Source: Nitrospirota bacterium (GTDB taxonomy: Bacteria; Nitrospirota; Nitrospiria; Nitrospirales; NS-4). From it: a DNA stretch of 36,582 nt. A model generated the notes under the pieces. The model ran no database searches. It was not told the DNA's origin and saw only the letters and a program-made list of their open reading frames with translations. The DNA lies in the NCBI GenBank assembly GCA_005877505.1, contig VBOO01000018.1:1-36582 (forward strand), given 5' to 3'. Below are positions 18,244 through 25,725 of this stretch, piece by piece (position 1 is the stretch's first letter; each line of letters begins with the position of its first letter). Both the position numbers and the translations under genes were made by a program.

Positions 18244-19989
18244 ATGCCACTACCGACTGCGCTGCAGAAAGCCTTCACCACCACCCTGAACGAACTGGGC
18301 GCCGACTTGGCCCTGATTGCACTGAAGGAGGACGGGTTCGGCCCCTTTGTGTCTCACGCGCACCGGGGCTTCGCCCCTCGAGAGGTCCAGGCCGTCGCTC
18401 GGGCGCTGTCGCATCCGGAGGTCGGGTTCGACAGCGCCGCGGGCAATGGCGACGCGCGGCAGCGGACGGTCCGCATCCGGATGACGGCCCCGTCCCACCG
18501 GTCGCTCCTCACCATTCCCCTGCAGGTCTCCAAGCGGGTCTGCGGAGCCCTCGTGATCGGGCGCAAGGACATCGTCACGTTCTCGGACAAGGACCGGAAA
18601 AATCTGGCGGAAGCAGCCAAGGATCTCGAGGCGGCGTTGACGAAGGCCGGCGTGCCGGCCCTCGCCCCTGGTGCGCCCGTGGCGCCCACGGTGGAGATGG
18701 GAGCCGGGGGACTCGAACCCCTCATGGCCCAACTCCGGTCTCTGATCCCGTACGATCGCGCGCTTGTGACCCGGCCGGAGCCCCGTTCAAAGACCCTCAT
18801 GCTCCTGCTCTCCTACACACCCGGACACTGCGAATGGCGCGAAGGCCAGACGCTGACACTGGAAGGGTCCGCTGCCGGGTGGGTCATCCGACATAAAAAG
18901 CCGCGGGTGGACCGGGATCTGGCCTCCACCCAAGGACGTTTCCTGGACTACAAGGAGCTGTACAAGGACAAGTTCAAGACAGCGATGGTCCTGCCGCTCA
19001 AAAAGGGACAGGACCTCAACGGGACCATTCTCCTGGGGTCCAAGACGCCGGACGTCTACAACGCGGACATGGCCCGGGCCGCCGCGCCCCAGTTGGAGCA
19101 CCTGGCTTCGCTTCTCCCCAAGTTGGGGCCAGGTTCGACCGCTTCTCCCTTCCTGGAACGACCCGACTCCGCAAGTGGCGTTGCTCTGGCCGGGCAGACC
19201 GCCGGCTCCATGCAAGTTCACGATCCCCAGGAGTCCCACGAGTTGCTGCTCCGGCATGAGCGGCAGCAGGCCATCCGGGAGGTCACGGCCTTCCTCGAAC
19301 AGGAAATCCAGCGCCCCCTGACCAAGACCCGCCTGGAAATGGAAGAGACTGTTCGGGACACGGCCGCCGAGAAACCGGCGGGCGCTGATGTGCTCCAACG
19401 GCTGGAGAAGGCCTCCTTGGAACTGACCCGCATCGAAGCCATTCTCAATGAGGTCCTCGACTTCGCCAAGCCGCTGGACCTGCACCCGCGCGTGGTCCGG
19501 ATCCCCGAGGTCCTCGAGAGCGCGCTGGCGGTCATCACCGGGGACCTGCAAAAGAATGCCATCACGGTCACCCGGGACTTCTCTCCCTCGCTGCCGGCTA
19601 TCAAAGTGGACGAGGGCAAGCTCCAACAGGTCTTCCTGAGCATCCTCAAAAACGCTCTCGAGGCCATGACGCCCCACGGACACATTCGCCTCCAGGCGGT
19701 GCCCCACAAGGGCGCGCGCGGGCGGCACGAGGTGGCCATCACGATCCAGAACGACGGCGCGCCGATTCCCACCGAGCACATCGGCAAGATCTTCGAACCC
19801 GGCTTCACCACCAAGGCCGCCGGCACCGGGCTCGGCCTGGCCTCTGTCAAGAAGATCATCGAAGAGCACCAGGGGCAGATCTCCATCGCCAGCGGCCCAG
19901 ACCAGGGCACGGCGGTCATCATCCGCCTGCCGGCCTATGCCGCCGCTCGCCCTCGGGGCCGCGGCCCGCGGCGCCATCATCGGTCCTAG
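18244..19989 (+). CDS. Cytoplasmic GAF-GAF-HisKA-like-HATPase protein lacking the phosphoacceptor His
   Basis: Two GAF-like segments; N box KNALEA, F box IFEPGFTTK, G2 GTGLGLA; H-box position reads EQEIQRPL. Confidence 0.88.
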   Translation: MPLPTALQKAFTTTLNELGADLALIALKEDGFGPFVSHAHRGFAPREVQAVARALSHPEVGFDSAAGNGDARQRTVRIRMTAPSHRSLLTIPLQVSKRVCGALVIGRKDIVTFSDKDRKNLAEAAKDLEAALTKAGVPALAPGAPVAPTVEMGAGGLEPLMAQLRSLIPYDRALVTRPEPRSKTLMLLLSYTPGHCEWREGQTLTLEGSAAGWVIRHKKPRVDRDLASTQGRFLDYKELYKDKFKTAMVLPLKKGQDLNGTILLGSKTPDVYNADMARAAAPQLEHLASLLPKLGPGSTASPFLERPDSASGVALAGQTAGSMQVHDPQESHELLLRHERQQAIREVTAFLEQEIQRPLTKTRLEMEETVRDTAAEKPAGADVLQRLEKASLELTRIEAILNEVLDFAKPLDLHPRVVRIPEVLESALAVITGDLQKNAITVTRDFSPSLPAIKVDEGKLQQVFLSILKNALEAMTPHGHIRLQAVPHKGARGRHEVAITIQNDGAPIPTEHIGKIFEPGFTTKAAGTGLGLASVKKIIEEHQGQISIASGPDQGTAVIIRLPAYAAARPRGRGPRRHHRS

Positions 19990-19993
19990 CCCC

Positions 19994-20023
19994 TTGACAG
20001 GGTCCGTTGGCTCAGGTTATGGT
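19994..20023 (+). promoter_or_regulatory. Putative sigma70 promoter
   Basis: TTGACA-18-TATGGT. Confidence 0.45.
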
Positions 20024-20101
20024 CACGACTATATTCAGCCTTTGTTAGAGGTCCTCTTCGACACAATGGTTTTATCCAGCCCATCAGTAAGGAGGGATCC
20101 C

Positions 20102-20452
20102 ATGAAACACACTTTGCTTGTGATCGCACTGGCGACAGGATTCATCTTCATGGCCGCGTCGGTATTCGCCAACCCGGCCCTGCTGAAGAAACGGCACGAA
20201 GGCTACCCGAATCCCGATGGCGGCACCACAGCCACCGGGGAAGTCGCGGCGGAAAAGGCTGCTGCAGATGCCCCCAAGGAACTGGAGAAGCAGAATCGGG
20301 ACGCCATCGGAGGCGTGGCGGATGAGACCCAACTCAAGCACACCCAGGATTCGCGCCTGCCGGCTGTCGTGGGTCCCGGCCACGTCACGACTAAAGGTGT
20401 CACTGAGAACCAGATCAAAGACGCCACCAAAGTCAACGCGAATCCTAAGTAA
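20102..20452 (+). CDS. Exported hypothetical protein
   Basis: SD TAAGGAGG, signal peptide ending VFA-NPALL, low-complexity mature part. Confidence 0.85.
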   Translation: MKHTLLVIALATGFIFMAASVFANPALLKKRHEGYPNPDGGTTATGEVAAEKAAADAPKELEKQNRDAIGGVADETQLKHTQDSRLPAVVGPGHVTTKGVTENQIKDATKVNANPK

Positions 20453-20492
20453 GCACACCGCTTAGCTCGTCGCAGTATGAGGGGAGGGTTCG

Positions 20493-21716
20493 TTACGGAC
20501 CTTCCCCTTTTTCATGCCCCTCTCCTGCCCACTCCTTCACCCACGGCAGCAACAGGAACGCAGGCCACGCGAGGAAGAACGTCGCGGTAAAGTAGGCGGC
20601 GTAACCCATCCCTTCGGTCGCCACTCCCGAAAACGCCCCGGAGAGGGCGCGAGTCAGGCCGAATAACGCGCTCAAGAGAGCGTACTGTGTGGCCGCGTGG
20701 GCCTTCGAGCAGATGCTCATGAGAAACGCCAGGAAGGGGGCGGTGCCCAGTCCCCCGCAGAACGACTCCACCAGCGAGGCGACGTACATCAGCGTTGTAT
20801 TGGGCGGGAGCGCCGCGGCTGCGGCATAGACCAGATTGGACACCGCCTGGAAAATGCCGAGCACCCAGAGCGCCCGGAAGATCCCCCACCGGCTGGTCAG
20901 GCTTCCCCCGATCAACGCGCCCCCGATCGTCGCCACGACGCCCAGCGTGCCCGGCACCAATCCGATCTGAACCGGCGTGAAGTGCCGGTCCACCCAGAAG
21001 GGCTTGATCATGGGGCCGATGGCCATATCGCCCAGCTTGAAGGTCAAGACGAAGGCCGCCACGGCCAGGAAACCGGGCCGGGCGAAAAACAGCGTCAGCG
21101 GAGCACGGATGGCGTCGGACGCGGAGCGCGGTGGGGGCGGTAGCGCTGCGGAAGGTGTGGCATCCGCCAGCGGAGCCCGAGATGAGATCATGGAAAGCAG
21201 GCCCATCAGCACGGCCGCACCCATGAACACCAGGCCCCAGCCCGCGAGCCCGGCCGCCGCCACCACGAGCCCGCCGGCCGCGATCAGCGCGATGCGATAG
21301 GCGGTCACCCTCACGCCGTTGGCGATGCCCATCTCGTGCTTCTCCAGCAACTCGATCGTGTACGCGTCGATCGCAATATCCTGGGTCGCCGACAGGATGG
21401 CGAACAGAACCAGGGCGCTCCAGAGGATCCAGATGTCCGCTCGCGCGTGTGAGCCGGCGAGGAGGAGAAGCGGCAGACACATCAGCAACTGGCAGGCCCA
21501 GACCCATGTGCGCCGGTGGCCCCAGACGTCCACGGCCGGCGCCCAGAGGAACTTGAGCGTCCATGGAAGCCCGACCAGGCCCAACAAGCCGATATCCACA
21601 AGGCTCACGCCTTGCAGGCGCAGGTAGACGGGGATTGCGTCCATCACCATGCCGAACGGAAAGCCTTCGGCGAAGTAGAGCGCGGCGACCCAGACGAGCT
21701 TCTGACGTGTGCTCAT
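20493..21716 (-). CDS. AmpG-like MFS permease
   Basis: LYFAEGFPFG, LPWTLKFLWAP.VD, SATQDIAIDAY, ATQYALLS. Confidence 0.9.
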   Translation of the reverse strand: MSTRQKLVWVAALYFAEGFPFGMVMDAIPVYLRLQGVSLVDIGLLGLVGLPWTLKFLWAPAVDVWGHRRTWVWACQLLMCLPLLLLAGSHARADIWILWSALVLFAILSATQDIAIDAYTIELLEKHEMGIANGVRVTAYRIALIAAGGLVVAAAGLAGWGLVFMGAAVLMGLLSMISSRAPLADATPSAALPPPPRSASDAIRAPLTLFFARPGFLAVAAFVLTFKLGDMAIGPMIKPFWVDRHFTPVQIGLVPGTLGVVATIGGALIGGSLTSRWGIFRALWVLGIFQAVSNLVYAAAAALPPNTTLMYVASLVESFCGGLGTAPFLAFLMSICSKAHAATQYALLSALFGLTRALSGAFSGVATEGMGYAAYFTATFFLAWPAFLLLPWVKEWAGEGHEKGEGP

Positions 21717-21805
21717 GACAGGTGTGTCTCTCTGTGCAGGATATAGGGAAAGGCCGCACTCTGATAGCATGTCTGGTGGAGATCGTCAAACGCGTGTGTT
21801 GAGTC

Positions 21806-21833
21806 TTGATTCGGAGGCGCGCCATGCTATACT
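21806..21833 (+). promoter_or_regulatory. Sigma70 promoter of a three-gene operon
   Basis: TTGATT-16-TATACT with TG extension. Confidence 0.6.
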
Positions 21834-21879
21834 CGGTATATTCACGATAGTTTCACCGCAAAGCAACGGAGAGAACGGC

Positions 21880-22083
21880 ATGAGGCGCTTCACCATCACC
21901 GACATCGCCGAGGGCAACGGCCAGCCCCACCCGGCCTTTACCCACACCGCAACCTATCCAGTGCTGGAAGTCCTCTTGCCTGGCAACGGAAACCTGCCTG
22001 GGTTCCTGGTGGCTGATGACCAGGGCCGCTTCCACCTCATCAGGATGGACCACTGCCGCCTCGGCAAGATCGAGGCCTTCTGA
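21880..22083 (+). CDS. Hypothetical protein (67 aa)
   Basis: GGAGAG SD, ATG 21880, GC3-rich codons, 3 nt from the next gene. Confidence 0.7.
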   Translation: MRRFTITDIAEGNGQPHPAFTHTATYPVLEVLLPGNGNLPGFLVADDQGRFHLIRMDHCRLGKIEAF

Positions 22084-22086
22084 TCC

Positions 22087-22644
22087 ATGCCGCAAGCGTC
22101 GCCGGCGGACATCGGCCGGGAGCTCTCCGACCTGGCCTTCGGCATTGTCGAACAGAACTGGCTGGAGCAGCACATCGGCAAGGTGATGGACTTGAAGAGC
22201 CTCGACCAGCTTCAGCTCAACGTCGCGGAGTGGGAGCTCACCTATCTCATCCTGTTCGCCATCACCAACGGGTGCGGTACGTTTTCCTCCGCGGACTCCG
22301 AGCGCACGACGGCCATCCTCAAGGCGTTTCACTCGGCGCTCCTCTCCCACATCGCGGAGCAGGCCGGACAGGAGGTCGCCGAGGAGCACAAGAAACACCT
22401 GCCCGCCCGGTACCGGCTGTATGGACAGGCGATCGAAGGCGAGGACACGACCAAACCCTATAAGACCCCCTACCGACTGCTCGGAGAGGCAGCCGCGCTG
22501 CAGATACTGGGGAAACCGCTCACGGACCCACACGACGGCGACAACTTCCGCGAGACGATCAAAGTGATCTTTACCGAGGTGCGTGAGGCGGCGATCAAGG
22601 TCCTGAGCTTCCAGCAGGCTCAGGCAATCGAAGGGAAGGCGTAA
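22087..22644 (+). CDS. Hypothetical helical protein
   Basis: 185-aa ORF with host-like codon usage and operon spacing. Confidence 0.8.
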   Translation: MPQASPADIGRELSDLAFGIVEQNWLEQHIGKVMDLKSLDQLQLNVAEWELTYLILFAITNGCGTFSSADSERTTAILKAFHSALLSHIAEQAGQEVAEEHKKHLPARYRLYGQAIEGEDTTKPYKTPYRLLGEAAALQILGKPLTDPHDGDNFRETIKVIFTEVREAAIKVLSFQQAQAIEGKA

Positions 22645-22653
22645 GCGTAAGGC

Positions 22654-23082
22654 ATGGACTTCGACATCGGCTCCAATCACTACCGGAACGCGGCGCCCAG
22701 CATCGAAATCGAAGGCATGCCGCACCTCTCGTTCGAACACAATCGTCGCTACAACGAGATGACGTTGAGGGGGTTTCTCTACGACACGAAAGGCAACCTG
22801 GTGGGGAAGATCGTGGAAAGCAGCCTCGCTATGAACGTCCAAGGCGAATTCGAGATGCGCTCAGAGCCCTTGGTCGTGAAGGTGCTGAGACGCGAGACCG
22901 AGGAGGTCATCTTGGAAGTGAAGTTCCTGGACAAGAACCGCGTCCAGATCCACAAGGCCAAGCTGTACTCCATCAAAGGCCGCCCCTTCGAGGCGACCCC
23001 GAAGCACTGGAAGATCGGCGACGACCCGCCCCACAGCGGAGAAGACATGGACTGCGGCAGCAACGCGGTCTCGCTGAAATGA
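22654..23082 (+). CDS. Hypothetical beta-rich protein
   Basis: 142-aa ORF with host-like codon usage, 9 nt after the previous stop. Confidence 0.8.
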   Translation: MDFDIGSNHYRNAAPSIEIEGMPHLSFEHNRRYNEMTLRGFLYDTKGNLVGKIVESSLAMNVQGEFEMRSEPLVVKVLRRETEEVILEVKFLDKNRVQIHKAKLYSIKGRPFEATPKHWKIGDDPPHSGEDMDCGSNAVSLK

Positions 23083-23096
23083 ATCTTGTCGCGGGT

Positions 23097-23270
23097 GGGG
23101 CACCCGTTGCTCTTTGAGCGGGTCCTGCCTCCGCATAGCCCAGCGCATCTGGGCGTTTCGCCGTCGAGGCCCCGCAGACCCGGCTGTACGCCCCGTGCTG
23201 CATCTGGGCGCCCATGCGGCGTCACCCGCTCAATTGCAACGGGTCGAAACGCCGTCGCAGCCCCGCGGAC
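23097..23270. repeat. Composite repeat: CACCCGTTGC-type arms enclosing a ~75-bp dispersed repeat, plus a partial third copy
   Basis: acccgttgctctttgagcgggt and acccgctcaattgcaacgggt are inverted; 23156-23230 is an inverted homolog of 24648-24722; partial copy at 23250-23270. Confidence 0.8.
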
Positions 23271-23353
23271 ATCGCGCTTCGATCTCGGCAGCCGTAACAC
23301 AGACACTTGAGCCAATAAAGTTGCAAGGGCGCCATCGGTTGCAAGTGTTAGAT
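23269..23353 (-). other. Degenerate attC-like site
   Basis: Minus strand: ATCTAAC (contains the stop codon) ACTTGCAACCGATGGCGCC...GGCTGCCGAGATCGAAGCGCGATGT; pairs with GTTAGAC at 24077-24071. Confidence 0.45.
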
Positions 23354-24052
23354 AGCAACCCCATTTGCGCGTGCAAATGAGACGATGTCAACCGAAGGCA
23401 CCCAGAGTGAAATTGCCAAACGGGCTGTGAGCCTTGTGGCCCCCTTGTTCTGTATCTGATTCGCTCCTTCGATGACAGAGGCCACATGCATGCCGAACAC
23501 CAGAGTGTCAGCAAGAAAACCAGGACAGCCTGAAGATCCCGAATACATGAGCGCATCTGTTTCGTAAAAGTCCAGGGCACGACCTGAAGGATGCTGCTGC
23601 GTATGAAAGGCCGAGACGTTAGCGCCTTGGAATCGTTCGGTCAGATTGACCACACGCCCAACAGGGTTGAACACCACACTCGCTAGTGGAAAACCCAGCG
23701 AACCACAACTTGTCCCAATGGGGACCCTGGCCGTGTTCAGCGCTACTGTCACGGACGAGCGCGGATTTTGTAAACGTAGGAGCGCAACGTCTCGCACTCT
23801 GTCTTCGGCGATCAAGGATGCACGCTCCATCGGTTGACCAATGTCTGGGGCACGGATAGCTTCAAACTGCGTGTGAACCGGCTTAGTTGGATCGTTCTCA
23901 ACGTGAACAAAGTGTGCCGCCGTCACAAGAACGCCAGGCGAAATCATGAATGCGGTGCCGTTGGTTGCATTGACCTGGTTCGGCGCGACTTGGGAGACGC
24001 CCAACACGCCGTACACGGATGCGCGAACCGTCGCAGAACTCTTCGCGAACAA
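23348..24052 (-). CDS. Trypsin-like serine protease without signal peptide
   Basis: GTAFMI, TAAH, DVALL, GFP, GSSGCP (intact His-Asp-Ser). GAGGGA SD before TTG 24052. Confidence 0.88.
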   Translation of the reverse strand: MFAKSSATVRASVYGVLGVSQVAPNQVNATNGTAFMISPGVLVTAAHFVHVENDPTKPVHTQFEAIRAPDIGQPMERASLIAEDRVRDVALLRLQNPRSSVTVALNTARVPIGTSCGSLGFPLASVVFNPVGRVVNLTERFQGANVSAFHTQQHPSGRALDFYETDALMYSGSSGCPGFLADTLVFGMHVASVIEGANQIQNKGATRLTARLAISLWVPSVDIVSFARANGVAI

Positions 24053-24131
24053 GTGTCCCTCTCGCTGATTGTCTAACTTGAATTGAGTTGGCGAACTGTC
24101 GAGTTTTATTACTCTGCCCAAAACGTTTCTT

Positions 24132-24554
24132 TTAGTCCCTCTCCGCCCACACGCGCCATGAGGTCTTCTTATAAGTACCCTTATCCGTGTTGATGATCCA
24201 GATTTCCAATTCCGGAAAGGCTTCAGCTAGACGTTTCCAGGCAACGCGGTGCTGTTTGGCCCTAGCAGGAAGGCCGGTTTCCGACTTATGGGAAAGCGCG
24301 AGGACAAGATGCTTGGCTTCATCGTTGAGACGAGAAACCACTCGGAAAAAGCCCTCATAAAAGTCCTTGGCTCTAGCAGGGCCAGTCTCCTTATAACCTA
24401 TGACTTCGATGTAGTAAGCCGTCTCCCCCTTTCTTGCCACAATGTCAACTCCGGTCTGACCATGCTCTCTTCTGGGAGTCAGAGCAAAGTCATCGCGTTC
24501 AAGTATCCCCTGAAGGCATTCCTCTACTTCGACATTAGCCACAGACTTTGGCAT
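24132..24554 (-). CDS. PD-(D/E)XK restriction-endonuclease-like protein
   Basis: N-terminal E helix, TGVDIVARK, YIEVIGYK (variant of ExK); lower GC. Confidence 0.72.
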   Translation of the reverse strand: MPKSVANVEVEECLQGILERDDFALTPRREHGQTGVDIVARKGETAYYIEVIGYKETGPARAKDFYEGFFRVVSRLNDEAKHLVLALSHKSETGLPARAKQHRVAWKRLAEAFPELEIWIINTDKGTYKKTSWRVWAERD

Positions 24555-24647
24555 TTGTGATCATCAATTTTTTGTTCTTTGAATCCTCTGGAGCGTACAT
24601 CGAACTCTCGGAAAAATCTATCGACGCTGGGGAGATGTCCAAGGCTA

Positions 24648-24722
24648 AGCGGGTGGCGCCGCATGGGACCCGGGCGGAGCGGAAGAGCCTACAGCCGAGT
24701 CTGCGGGGCTGCGACGGCGAAA
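24648..24722. repeat. Dispersed ~75-bp repeat, inverted relative to 23156-23230
   Basis: Reverse complement tttcgccgtcgcagccccgcagactcggctgta...cccatgcggcgccacccgct aligns with tttcgccgtcgaggccccgcagacccggctgta...cccatgcggcgtcacccgct. Confidence 0.85.
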
Positions 24723-24770
24723 GGATCTGAGCACGTCCGGGTGATGCGGTGACAGGACCCGCAACCAGAG

Positions 24771-25574
24771 CTACTTCGCCGATTGGGCGCAGCGGAAGCC
24801 GATGAAGGCGTTGCGGGTCTCCGGCGCAAGCTTGGAGGTGCGGCTGCCTGATAAGAGATACACCGGCATGTCGGACCACGAGCCGCCCCGCACCATCCTG
24901 TACTGACCAGTTCGCGGCCCCTGGGGGTTATTCTCGGGGCTCTCTCTGTAGTATTCGCCGTCATACCAGTCCTGGACCCATTCCGCGACATTCCCAGCCA
25001 GATCGAAGGCCCCGTACGGCCCTTGACCTCCTGGATAGCTGCCGACGGGCTTAAGAAGATCGTAAGAGAATTTGCTCATCTGTCCGAACAGAGCCAGCGT
25101 GGCGCTTGGTTTGGTCTCCCCCCAGGGAAACGGCCGCTCGTTCGTCCCGCGGGCGGCCTTCTCCCACTCAGCCTCGGTCGGAAGCCGCCGCCCGTTGATC
25201 CGGCAGTAGGCGTCGGCATCGACCCAGGTCACTCCGACGACAGGACGATTGGAATGGTCAGGAAACTTGACCAGGTCCCAGTTCAACGGCTTCTGCCATC
25301 CCGCGAATTCAAGGAACTTGGCGTACCGTTCCGTCGTGATCTCGTACCTATCGAGATAGTACGCGTCCAGGTACACCTTGTGGCGGGGCTGCTCGTCGTC
25401 CAGCCCCAGACCCTCAGGCAGCCCCATCCAGAATTCCCCGGCCGGCACCAGGACCATGGGCGAGCCGTCCTTGGCGATGATTTCCTTCGTCAGGTCACCC
25501 TCCGCTGCCATCGCCAACGAGAGGCCAGCCGCTAGCAGAAACACGACCACCCATGTCAGCTTCGGGATCCGCAT
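24771..25574 (-). CDS. Exported FGE-sulfatase (SUMF1/EgtB/PvdO) domain protein
   Basis: Signal peptide, MVLVPAGEFWMG, RLPTEAEWEKAARG, DLAGNVAEW, RGGSW, GFRCA. Confidence 0.93.
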   Translation of the reverse strand: MRIPKLTWVVVFLLAAGLSLAMAAEGDLTKEIIAKDGSPMVLVPAGEFWMGLPEGLGLDDEQPRHKVYLDAYYLDRYEITTERYAKFLEFAGWQKPLNWDLVKFPDHSNRPVVGVTWVDADAYCRINGRRLPTEAEWEKAARGTNERPFPWGETKPSATLALFGQMSKFSYDLLKPVGSYPGGQGPYGAFDLAGNVAEWVQDWYDGEYYRESPENNPQGPRTGQYRMVRGGSWSDMPVYLLSGSRTSKLAPETRNAFIGFRCAQSAK

Positions 25575-25576
25575 CA

Positions 25577-25631
25577 ACTGAACGATGAATGATGAATTCT
25601 GAATTCAGCATTCTGCATTCTGCGTTTCAGT
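25577..25631. repeat. Heptamer tandem repeats arranged as an inverted array
   Basis: actgaac gatgaat gatgaat tctgaat followed by tcagcat tctgcat tctgcgt ttcagt. Confidence 0.75.
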
Positions 25632-25647
25632 CTAGCACACGCCCCGC

Positions 25648-25676
25648 TTGACTTCATGGCACCCTGCTCATATAGT
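25648..25676 (+). promoter_or_regulatory. Sigma70 promoter of the LppC-like/S2P/trpS operon
   Basis: TTGACT-17-TATAGT. Confidence 0.65.
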
Positions 25677-25725
25677 GACTCCACTCCTCATGCACGTGCG
25701 CTCCGAACACCTCACTCCATAACCC

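Noticed and set aside
18787-19980. 397-aa antisense ORF
   Set aside because: Shadow of the kinase gene; no motifs.
24078-24131. attC or attI between nuclease and protease
   Set aside because: No RYYYAAC at the nuclease stop and no convincing hairpin; only the GTTAGAC core is clear.
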